From positions 178,686,001-178,750,000 of the forward strand of contig NC_058368.1 of the NCBI RefSeq assembly GCF_018350175.1: 64,000 nucleotides of DNA, in the 5' to 3' direction. Shown here one piece after another: positions 11,947 through 23,215 of the stretch; positions within the stretch are counted from its first letter, which is position 1; each line of letters starts with the position of its first letter. Under the pieces are notes generated by a model. That model was given only the letters and a program-made list of their open reading frames with translations. It was not told the DNA's origin and did no database searches. Both the position numbers and the translations under genes were made by a program. The stretch comes from Felis catus. Taxonomy: Eukaryota.

Positions 11947-13907
11947 CTTCTCCCACTCTGATCTCCCTGTGATGATGGGACCCAGTAAAGGCAAACCGAT
12001 GAAACTCACCATGTGTTGGGCCCTGTCATGACTTTGGGCTCTGTGATGGACAGGTTAGGACTGAGTTAGGAAGATCATGACATTTGACCCCTGGGAGCCA
12101 GAAGACCAGCTTCCTGACAGACCTGAATTTGTATCTCCTTCTTACAAGCTGGGTGACCATGGATAATGCACTTTACTTCTCTCAACCCTCTTTTTCCTCA
12201 TCTGTAGAGTGGCTATAATAACATCTGCACATTCCTTAGGGACTCCTGAAGAATCAGCTAAGAATACATTTTTACAGAAAATGTCATTCAGGTAGTTACT
12301 ACTCTTTAAAGCCTTATAAATTCAGATCCTTCCTTCTCAGGCAGAAATGGAACAATCGCTGTGGCCAGGACTAATGTGACACCCAAAGCCCCCAATAAAA
12401 TAACAAATTTATTATTCAACCAAATCCACAGAAACACTTGGTCTCGTTAGATGTCAGTATCCTGTGCAAGAAAAGGGTTGACAGAGTGGCCTTTAGCAGT
12501 GAGTATGGGGGATACATCCTAGAGAAAAGAGGAAGGAGAGGCACTGCTCCTGTCCTCCCTCTGCTGCAAACTCCCCTTGCCCAAAGCAACACACATCCCC
12601 CATTCGTTCAACATCTCACACATCTGTGTTTAGCTCCTCAGGAAGCCAAGTCAGCAACATCTCGTCCTGAGATGCGGCTTGAGTATGGCCTGCCCCAGGG
12701 GGCCTTCCTCTGGGTGAATCTGTGTAATCTGGCTTGTTTGTGGACAGAGGTAGGTGGCCTCTAGCTCAGAGAGGCAGGCTGCAAGTGACCTTCTCTAACT
12801 TGACTCTACAGGTTTGTTTGCAAGAACACAGACACGCGAGTGGCCGCTGACAATATGTGTTCCGACATCATATACGGGGCATATTTTGCTCAGAAACATG
12901 CCCTGTTAGTTGTTGAAACCTTTTTTGCATTCCCTGAAACAAATGACACTATAGTGTATTTTCTTTTGGGGGGCAGTAAATAAAAGTCTTTTATGTTGAC
13001 AATGATAATATTATATTCTGCAATCTATTTGCATTTCTCTATTCTGTGGATTTTATTGCTTGGTATAAATCCCCAGGCTGAGGCACATTAAGCTTCACTG
13101 AGGGAGAAACAGTGCATTTTATCAAAGGGCTGGACAGCTACGCGCACAAGATGTCACCTGCAGGGATTGGTTTTTGGCCAGATGTGCAGGGAATATGTAT
13201 AGGGGGAAAGAAATGTCTGTGCGTGTGCAGGTTTTGGCAGGTGCGCATGAAGCCTGGAAGGATTTTCTTTGGATCCACAATCAAAATGGATTTCCAGGAG
13301 GGACCTTGTCTGAGCACATGCCTCTTTCATGTGCTGCATATGGCCCCATCCCGCCAGGCAGGTCCTCAAGAAAGCGATCGGCACCTGCTTCAGCTCTGGC
13401 CAGAGCTCGTTGGCTCACATGGTGGGCGGAAAACTGAAAGGAGGACAGAGAAGCATCTTAGAGACTCGAGGAGGAGTTGAGTCTCTCACCACCTTCCTGC
13501 AGGTCTTCTGAATACTTCTGAGCACAGGAACCTCTTCTCTCAACAGGCAAGTCAGTAGTTATTGAGATAAAACCACAACACAGACTCGAGCCAGGGTTAA
13601 TATCAACCATCCGCTGTCCACAGAGCACTGACTGTGGGCCATGCATTGTGCTAAGCACTCTCATTTAATCCTTACAACAATCCCTGTGAGGTAGGTGCTA
13701 CTACTACCCCATTGTACAGATGGGGACACTGAGGCCTAAAGTTCCACAGCTGGTAACTTGCAGAATAGAAATTCCTCCCCTGGGCCGTCTGACTCCAGCT
13801 ATAGCTAGTCATGGCAGGAGAAAAATATGCTAAGTGTGTCTTAAGAAACCATCAGTGGTGGTCACACAACCACTCCAAGTATGAAGAAAAAAATGAAACA
13901 GCAGTGG

Positions 13908-13934
13908 TAATGGGATAATAATATTATCCCATTA
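13908..13934. repeat. Perfect 13-bp inverted repeat with 1-nt spacer
   Basis: taatgggataata (13908-13920), a, tattatcccatta (13922-13934). Confidence 0.95.
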
Positions 13935-14869
13935 TATTGTGGGATTATGTTGTCTTGCTGTCTGGCATAAGTTAATTTCCATAATGTTTTTCTATTTCAG
14001 TCAAAGCGGTCTTCTTTTTTTTTTTCTCTTCTAGTGATGTTTCCCAGGTGTAGGAAGTGGGAATATGTCAGGCAGCTACATTTGAGACTTTGTCTCTATT
14101 AAAGAGTTTGATTGTAACTTTACCCCAAATCCCTTGGAAAAGACCAGACAGTCCCTGCTCCAGCTACACTTGGAAGAACATCGCAAACGTGGTGGTTTCT
14201 GGGCCACTGGTTAGGTTAAGCAAATGCGTTTCCAGACATTCAACCTTTAATGGGAAAGTTCTGTGGCTTGGATCAGTAAAGTCATAAAGTGCTCATTTAA
14301 TTATGTTTCAAGCCCATTTATCCATTTTTGAGTCTAAGGAAGATGTATTCCATCAGAAAGGGTAGATACGAGGGATGAGTAAATGATTTTTCTCTTTTTT
14401 CCCTTGACTCATTTGAACAGCTGCTTCCAAATTGAACCTTTAAGTATGGCATTTGTGAGTGAAATTGCCCCCTTTTATTTGCAAGGTAATTGAATCTCAT
14501 TTTTCACTTTCCATTTCCTTCTAGAAGAATCAAAATGTTTTTAGAACTTGGCTTCTCCGTGGGAGATTTTATAAGGTGGGAACTTCAGCATCATACAAGA
14601 GACTGGTGTGCTGATGGCATTCAGGACAATTCAAGACAAGGGCAGTCAGGCCTGTTCTCTGCAGCTGAACCAACCCCACCAACCCCCGAGAGCATATTGA
14701 TTTCACTGTGTTTGCACTTGAAACACCAAAGGAATGTCCACACCTTGTCCTTGGGCCAGGGCTGAGGGATAGGAGAGGTAGACCTTTGTCACCCTTGAAG
14801 AAGCTGAGGGGCACTATCACTCAGAGGCAAAGCCTGGAACCGTGAGCTAAATTGGCTTAGATTGGTGTC

Positions 14870-15530
14870 TCCGAAAGTGCTGGACAAATGAGAGCTGATT
14901 TTAGGTGGCAGGTGGATGGGACTTTAAATGATCTTGAATCCCATAGTAACATAAGATTATGTTTCCAACTGTCTTTCAATTCTTCTGATTACATAAAGGG
15001 CAAAGTCTCCGTTTGATGCTCTGTCTTTAATATTTTTCTCATCTTGTTTTTTAAATAAAAAAAAGACCAGGCCTGAATCTTGGGCCTTTAGAAAGTAACA
15101 GTTTACAGTTTCCATTTAATAACATTGTTTCATTTTTTGTTGTTTTGTTCTTATGATAACTTTTGATTGATGGCATTTTAAAGGTCAGATATAAAGTTTT
15201 ATTTTAAGATAATGGGTTAAGATTTTTTTTTACTTTTTTTTAAAGTTTATTTATTGATTTTGAAAGAGAGAGAGAGAGTGAGAACTAGCAGGGGAGAGCA
15301 GAGAGAGGAAGAGAGAGAATCCCAGGCAAGTTCCTCACTGGCAGTATAGATCCTGATGCAGGACTCTAACTCATGAACCGTGAGACCATGACCTGAGCCT
15401 AAACCAAGAATCAGATGCTTAACTGACTGAGCCCCTGAGGCGCCCCAAGATTTTTTTTTTTTTTACTATTAGTAAATGATGTTTGTGGTTGTGGCAAAAC
15501 TCACCTGCATAGCATCTGAGCACTACAGCC
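14870..15530. mobile_element. Ancient hAT-Charlie-type DNA transposon relic (MER113-like), interrupted by a SINE
   Basis: ttcaattcttctgattacataaagggcaaagtctccgtttgatgct...tgtctttaa resembles a remembered Charlie-type consensus; similar to the reverse complement of 30590-31130; family name uncertain. Confidence 0.4.
15235..15446 (-). mobile_element. Felid Can-SINE, older subfamily
   Basis: Tail, (GA)n, ...gagcccctgaggcgcccc; TSD aaga(t)n-act on both sides (15219-15234 and from 15447), differing in T-run length. Confidence 0.93.
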
Positions 15531-16014
15531 TGGGATGCACTGGTTTCAGTGGACCAGCAGGAAACTGGAGGAAGATTGGTTTCTCCCAAACTCACAGATG
15601 CGATTCCCAGTCATTCCTCTGCCCTCACCAACTGGGTGCTTAGCTCGCTCCAGCTTCAGTTTTCTCATCTGTAAAGTGGGTGTTACGAGCAGCTGTAGGA
15701 AAGCGGGCTTCTTCTGTTTCCTAAGACCCAGACGCTGACCTCTTGGTGGAGCCTCAGGAAGTCAGGTTCTCTTCCTTCGAGGTTGGTTGCGTCCTGTTTC
15801 CTTCATGCAGAGGCTCTGAGTTTGCCGCTGGGTGGGAGAAAAAGTGAGTCGCGGTTCATCACCCCTGCAGCCTGGAGGAGAAGTGTGCTCCCGAGGCCAG
15901 AGAATCAAGCAAACCCATCTGGCCAAGATGGCTCAGCAGCATGAAGGCCGAAGATTTGTGCACAGGCAGGCTTTCCCTTCTCAGGCAAGAAATCTTTGGC
16001 AATCGGAGGGAGGC

Positions 16015-16125
16015 TCTGGATTAAGCTTAATTAAAATTCAGTCTTAATTAGGGCCATTACTTAAAATCAACTCTATGTAATGAAGCTGTGTAATCATAAT
16101 TAAGCCCAGAAATGGAATTAGGAAG
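16015..16125. promoter_or_regulatory. Homeodomain (TAAT/ATTA) site cluster, candidate enhancer
   Basis: attaagcttaattaa, cttaattagg, ccatta, gtaatg and gtaatcataattaag within about 100 bp of non-repeat sequence. Confidence 0.3.
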
Positions 16126-16469
16126 CACAGAATGTTAAAGCCAAACACAGATGGGCCCAGGGCCTATGAGGACAGAGACAGGACTTCTGGATTCAACAGA
16201 ATTTCAAATAGCTAAGGACCAATGATTGCATTGATGCGAACCTTGATGGCCATCAGGACAATGAACTAATCAGAAAGAGGATTCAGGATACATGGGACCC
16301 CAAGATGCAAAGCTTGTGTGACATTACAGGCAAGAGGATGGGGCAGCATCAGGCAGAGGGGACCAATGTGTGTTGAGGAGGAACAGGGGCACTTAGCAAC
16401 ATTTTATATTGACAACTTCCTCTGTATCCAGCACCGTTCTGTTGTGTGTGTGTGTGTTTAAATGTATGA

Positions 16470-16600
16470 GCTAATTTTATTTTCACGATCACTCTGTGAA
16501 TGGGTATTATTATTTCCTCCAACTTACAGATAAGGAGTCTGAGGCTCAGAGAGGTTAAGTAACTTGCCAAGGTCATGCCACAAGTAAGTGGCAAATACTA
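16470..16600 (-). mobile_element. MIR SINE (core)
   Basis: ttacagataaggagtctgaggctcagagaggttaagtaacttgccaaggtcatg. Confidence 0.85.
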
Positions 16601-16767
16601 AAGGCTGCACAAATGGTACTTATTATTATAAAGGTACTATCTGTCTGTTTAACTCTGTTGGTCAGAGTTAGTAAAACCTACAAACAACACATGTGCAGAA
16701 GCTATACTAAGTCCCAAGTGAGGTCACTTACCCATGATTGTCCCCAGATCCAAAGCCTATGCCTCTA

Positions 16768-16980
16768 TTTTATTTTTTTTAAGTTTATTCATTATTTTTT
16801 AAGTTTATTTATTTGAGAGAGAGAGAGAGAGAGAGGCAGAGAGAGGGAGAGAGAGAATTCCAATGTCCACACTGATAGTACAGAGTCCAATGCAGGGCTT
16901 GATCCCATGAATTGTGAGATCATGGCCTGAGACGAAATCAAGAGTTGGATGCTTAAGTGACTGAGCCACCCACGTGCCCC
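16768..16980 (-). mobile_element. Felid Can-SINE, older subfamily
   Basis: Typical body; 15-bp TSD aagcctatgcctcta at 16753-16767 and 16981-16995. Confidence 0.95.
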
Positions 16981-17272
16981 AAGCCTATGCCTCTAACACT
17001 GTCAGGATAGGTCAGGCATTTAGGTTCAGAGAGGAAGGTACTATCAGGTACTAATTCCAGAACTGCAGAGCTGGAGGGAGAAGATCAAGGAAGAGAGAGT
17101 TCCATCTGATACTTTTTTTTTGGCTTAACATTTTAGTTTTCCTTGCTCAGGAGACCCTGGGAATTATACTCAGGAGTGGAAAGGGGATGTTTGAGCACCG
17201 GTAGCTTTCCCTCCCTCCCTGAGCTCCCTATTGTTCAGAGCATGGCTCATGTCTCATACCTCTTACGCCATC

Positions 17273-17339
17273 ATCTATCTGTCTATCTATCTATCTATCT
17301 ATCTACCAACTCTTACACCGTGTGTGTGTGTGTGTGTGT
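17273..17339. repeat. Compound (ATCT)n and (GT)n microsatellite
   Basis: (ATCT)~8 at 17273-17305 followed by (GT)10 at 17320-17339. Confidence 0.9.
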
Positions 17340-19306
17340 ATGCACACAAATACCATGCTGTCCCAGAAATACTGTCCAGTCTAGGGTGCCCTCTCAGACT
17401 CTTGTTTTTGCTCTCAATTAAGTCAGACCAGCAGGAAAGACTTCTCCATGCCCAGATTTAGAACCAGATATGCCATTGGTGCTGGAAATGTCCTGTGGTT
17501 CATGTTTCCCAAACAGTCTCAGGCCCACCCAGAGATCCCTCTCAGTGTCACTCCACAGTGCTCACCTCCAGTGATGGCGACATCACTACTTACTGAGTTA
17601 AATCCTTCAGTTTTGGAAGATAGTGTAGAAGGGACATTTGGCTTGGGCCTAGGCCTAATGATCATGAAGGCCTTCCAATTCCAGACTTTTGATATCATCT
17701 CTAAATGAGTGATACACACAATCCATATGTGGAAATGTTCGTTTGTTAAATGCAAATGTTTCAGTCATATCACATTTTATTTTATTTTTTTTTGCAAGGA
17801 TGTGTTAGCCTTCCCCATTTTTTATATACCAGGAACCTGAAGTGTAAAAGAAGACACATCATGGCCTGGTCCACTATCTACATCTAGGAGGCCCCAGGAA
17901 TTATCAAAGACCTTTCCATTGCAGTGTTTCCACTCTGTGTGGAGGGTTAGGGAACATTGGCTTGGTGAGTGCCTCTTGCTTATGCCCTGGGTGTCCTTAG
18001 CACGGAGGCATGGGAACTAGAGGGAGGTCTTGCTCTGATTAAAAGGGGTTTAACTTTGCTGCCCAGGACCAACATTACATAGCCAAGAGCACTGCTGTTT
18101 TGAGGAGGAGGGCAAACGGTGGGGGGAAGAGAGGCAGTGGCCAAGTCGGGTTTCTCAGGATCCTAGAGACCCTGCTTGGTAAGGAATGGAGCAAATTCCT
18201 TGTGCACATGCCAGGCCGCCGAACCACACAGTTCCAGGGGCACCCTACGCGTGGTGTTCTATGCAAATGTCTCCCAACGGGGTTGTGCCACATGGAGGCC
18301 CTGATGCAAACCCCAATCCCAAAGGGCACTCCCAAAGTAAGCTGGTGCTACGTGAGGGGGCTGAACCCCAGACTGCAAGGTATTCACAGACACTGGCTCA
18401 TGAGGAGGCCACCGTCCCTCTCCCACCCATGACCTCTTTGTCCTTTATCCTGAGAGCATCTGCCTCTATTTACACTAAATAACTCCAATGCCATTTGCTG
18501 GTTCCTGTATTTTGGGCAAGCTGAGCTGGAGGCCCCTGCAGCCGGTCTGAGCAGGTAGCTGTGCTGGTGATGGTCACGCGGAAGGTCTTGCTCTTCCAAC
18601 AAAGTTTAGCAAACACCTTATCTCCCAGAAAACAGATGAGGTAATGTTTATGAAAGATCACTCTGTCCCTTTCCACTGGGCTGAGGGGTGCCAGTGTGAC
18701 CAACTTGTGCCAGAAGGTGGACTCCCCTCAGCCACCTTGCTCCCCCATTCTCCTCTCCTGCTCCCTCATTTGGGTAGGAAACCTCACTGATGTCCTTTCT
18801 CACCGCAGATGGTGGGAGAACAGGACTCTCCATTCTGGACAGTCCATTCAGGACTCACCTTGGCCTTTGTGTCTCCACTTTTCAAGGCACATTCACAGCT
18901 CCCTTATGTGAGGAAACTGAGGCAGAGAGAAGTAAAGCATCTTGGCCAAACTTACAGGCAGGGTGGTGGCTGCACTGGGGACCCAGGGTCCTACTTCTGA
19001 ACTGCTTTATTTGTGATCACCATTCATTTAAAGATTCCTTATTTTTGAGATGGCTGGCTGGCTGGATGGGTGGGAGCTAGCCATAGAGACAGATCAAAGA
19101 AAGATAGCTCACAAGCAAGTAACAGGTGGAAAGATAGAGATGATTGTGTAAGTGTAGATGGTTCCTGAAGGATACATAAAAACACCGTGGACAATAGTTG
19201 CTCCTGGGAAGGCAATGGGGAATCTGGGTGAGAGAGACTGCTTTTTATTCTTCTTTACCTTTGCTTCCTCTGAACTGTTGAAGTATTTTTCTTGCACACA
19301 TATTAG

Positions 19307-19531
19307 TTTTTTAAAATGTTTGTTTATTTATTTTTGAGAGAGAGGGAGGGAGAGAGAGAGAGAGAGACAGCAGGGGAGGGGCAGAGAGAGAGGGAGACAG
19401 AGAATCCCAAGCAGGCTCCACACTGTCAGCGCAGAGCCTGAGGCAGGGCTCAATCTCATGAACCGTGAGATCATTACCTGAGCCAAAACCAAGAGTCAGA
19501 TGCTTAGCTGACTGAGCCACCCAGGCACTCC
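19307..19531 (-). mobile_element. Felid Can-SINE, older subfamily
   Basis: Typical body; decayed TSD tgcacacatattagtttt / tgtacacatactagtttt. Confidence 0.95.
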
Positions 19532-22369
19532 TGTACACATACTAGTTTTAAAAAATTCCCTTTTCTACTTTTATTTGTGGTATGATTTTCATGTGTTTGT
19601 CCACAGGAGAGATTGGAAGCCCACACTCTAGGAAAGTCACAAGAGGCTCTAGGAAAAGAACAGCGGTGGAAGGTAGGTGACATTCAGTCTTTGGCGTCTG
19701 AGAACCCATGTGGCTGCCTCAGTTACCTCCATCCCTGCCTCCGTTCCTGGAGGGCCTGTTTGCAGAGCAACAGCAGACATGTTTATTTCACCGGTGCTTG
19801 CAAATAGGACTGATTGGAAACCACCTATATCCCCACAACTTAGAACTCGCTAATGATCCTCAGTTCAGCTGCATAATGGAATACCATGCAGTCGCTAAGA
19901 ATAAATCAGAAATCCTATACTTTCTGCGTTTGGTGTTAGATTCCACAGCGGAACAAACACCTCTTGCCGTATGCAGTCTGGTTTCATAGATTGCACAGGC
20001 TCCTTGGTTGATCTGAATGTCAACCTGGGCTGGGGGCTGCTGTTCAGCGTTTAGGGTTCCTCTAAAGGGAATGCAGAGAAGTCAAGTCAAAATGTGCCAA
20101 AGATGTTACCAACAATCATGTCTTGTTGTGATACTTTGAGTAACTTATATTATTTTTCAGTTTTTTCCTTCCGTTTCCAATATGCAAATATACTTCCTAA
20201 TTAAAAAAAATAAACGTTTGTAAAGAATCCTGTAGATAAAGAACAATAACAGAAATCACTGCCCAGGAGGACTGGAAGGAAATAAGACAAAATGCTGCCT
20301 TTAGATGGTAAGATCATAGATGATTTTTTTCTCCTTATCTTTATATTTTTTTGAATCTTCCACATTTGATATGTTTACTTTCATAATGGGGCATTCATAT
20401 TTAAGATGGCTTTTTTTTTAAATGGGCGGAGAGGGGAAGATAGATGATGCTATTGAAAAGCCAGAGCGTCAGACTCTCCAACGCCTGTTCATGTTAACTG
20501 GTTGCTATCTCATGGGCCCCTAAAATGTACAAGTCACTGGGCTGGGGGATACAGAGGCGAAGGAGATGTGAATCAGTTAATCAAGAAAGTCACAGCTCAT
20601 TTGAGGAGATAAAACCCTTTCTGATACAAGATGCAGGGTCTCATCTTAGAGCATAGGCTATCAGAGTAATTATCATAATGCTGGGAAGAAACTTCTCTGC
20701 GTGTCTTAACCGTGTCAGTTTGGAGCCTCAGTGTCCTCTCCTGTGAATGTAGCCTACCCCACAGGATGACTGTGGAGGTCACATGGAGCTGCATGTCCGG
20801 GGCTCAGCAAGGTGCTTTGCAAACATCCTCAGCACGAATCACCATTGTCGCCATGGCTCTGGGCACCACACCTGCTATTTAGAAGTCAGGTTTACACAGA
20901 TGTGACATACCTGGGGTCTGAACCCACCTTTATCTGATCTCAAAGTTAATGCTCTTGCCCCAACCAGCCACTGTACTTCCCCTCTAAGTTTGACCTAAAT
21001 TTCTTCAGTCTGGCCAGGAAGAAGATTTACATGTTCATGAAAACATCACAGGAGAAATAAATGTGAAAGAACATCAGGGGAAGACGGACTCATGTCTTGG
21101 AGTAAGATCTTGCAACTTTGTCATTTTGTAGTTTGTGTCTCTTGGTGGAGGAGATTCCGTCCACAGCCAGTGGTGGTGACCCAACACTGCTGGGCCATTC
21201 CTGGTTCCCTTGCTGTGAGTGTGACACAGGGTGCTGGTCCGCTCTGGCTGAAGGGAAGAGGGTCAAGAATGGAGAGCAAGGGGAGGCAGAAGGGTGGGCC
21301 AGTGGGATCCGGGAGAGCCCCAAGGAGCTGGGCAACCAAAGCCAAGAGGAGCACACCAACTGCCCATGGGCTAAGGTCGGAAGTCTGGGGAAGCTGAGAC
21401 AAAAAAAAAAAAACGGGGGTTCAGCAAGGGGCACACGGATACTCAAAGCAGAGGGGAAATTCTACTTATGGACCTTCATGGCATTCCAAAATTAGTTAAC
21501 CCCTGGGAGAGCCTAAATATTGATAGTTTTTCTCCCTGTCCCTCTGGCCAACTGTCTTTTTTAGGGGTCCCTATTAGCCCCATTATAGTCAACCCACCTC
21601 ATTCCTTTCCATTCTGTTCACCCCACTCTGTGTCAAGCATTGCTTGGTGACACCAGAGGACTGTGTGTTGGGATAAGGAAGAAACAAGGTAAACGTATTA
21701 CATGACTAGTGCTGTCCTTCGGGCAGGGGCAACATGGTAGCTGATGGGCTGAGGCGGGCAGGAAAGGCTTCCAAAGGAGCAGGTACTGAGCTGGGTCCTC
21801 AAGGACACTGTGAGCAGCCTCCCAGCACATCTGAGAGAGGAGGGCGATTTCTGGAAAATACATAAGAGTGACGGATGCCCCTGCCATGCGCCTGGTGGAT
21901 GTCAGCTTCTGAATTGCAGGTGTGTTCAGAGGAGATCTGGGGCCATGAGGCTACCACACAGGTGGAGTGGCCTCCAAAGGGCATTGACTGACTTGCTGAG
22001 GGATCTGTAATGAGGGGGAGAGATAGGCCTAATTTGAACTTGGCAGTGGGTGTCCATGTGAGACAATATGGAGAGGTACCTCTGTTATCCTTGGTATTGT
22101 GTCTTCATTTGGGGGAGAAGAAATTCTAAATTTATCATTTAATCAGATGACTTTAGAAAAGTAGCTATCTAGGTGCTGAGAAAATTAGTTCATTCATTCA
22201 TACTTCATTTATTCATTCAAAACAATTCTTGTACCTCAGTTTATATTTCCTACTGCTTAAATTTCTGTGGTGTCTACACAGATTGTTAAGGCATTGTTCT
22301 AATCTCAAGAACCTTAAAAACAGAAGGAGGGGAAGGTGAGGACTAACCCCATGGTGTTAACCCATAAAC

Positions 22370-22855
22370 TGAGCTGGTCACATCACCACCTCACCACTAC
22401 TTAAAATGTCCCAGTGGGTTTCTATTTCTCTCAGGAAAAGTACAAACTTTTATCCAGGCCAAAACATCCCTCTATGGCCTCACCTCCTGAGACCCATCTC
22501 TTAGCACCTCCCTTCTTTTCCCTCCATGCCAGCCTCATTGTCCTTCTTTATGTGGTCCTTGCCAGACTGTCTTCAACCACAGGCCCTTGACACATGTTGT
22601 TCTCTCTACCACTGTCATCTCCCTGGGTTCATGTGCACTCATCCTTCTAAGTGCACATCAATGCTGCTTCCTCAGGGTAGGCTTTCCTGGTCTATTTAAA
22701 TCGACTCTGACCTTAGTACACAACTCATACTCCGTATAACATCCTTCATAAGTCTTATCCCAGTCACAAGAATTTTTCATTTATGTACATGATAACTTTA
22801 TTAATATCTGTATTCACCAGACTGTAAGCTCCATGAGAACAAGGGCTGTGTCTTT
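22370..22855 (+). mobile_element. L2 LINE fragment
   Basis: ccacaggcccttgacacatgttgttc...caatgctgcttcctcaggg...ccagactgtaagctccatgagaacaagggctgtgtct. Confidence 0.7.
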
Positions 22856-22861
22856 CCAAAA

Positions 22862-23215
22862 AATCAACTTTACTGAGGCATAATTTTTGTACAACAAACA
22901 CACCCACTTCACACGCACATTTCAATGAGTGTTGACAAATTTACACAAAAATGGATTCACTGTGTAACCACCAACACGGTCAAGATGGGGAACATTTCCA
23001 TCGCCTCAAAAAGCTCCTCTCTGCCTCATCCCAGTCAACTCTCTGCTTTGCTTCCTGTCTCTATAGATTAGCCTTTTCTAGAGTTTCATATAAATGGAAC
23101 CATGCAATAAGCATTGTTGTGTCTGGCTTCTTCCATTCAACATAACGTTTTTGAGAGTCATCTTTGTTGTTGTATCAGTGGTTCGTTGCTTTTTATTGCT
23201 GAATACTCTTCTCCA
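22862..23215 (-). mobile_element. Ancient L1 (L1MB/L1ME-like) 3' end
   Basis: caactttactgaggcataattt...gccttttctagagtttcatataaatggaacc...tttttattgctgaata. Confidence 0.8.
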
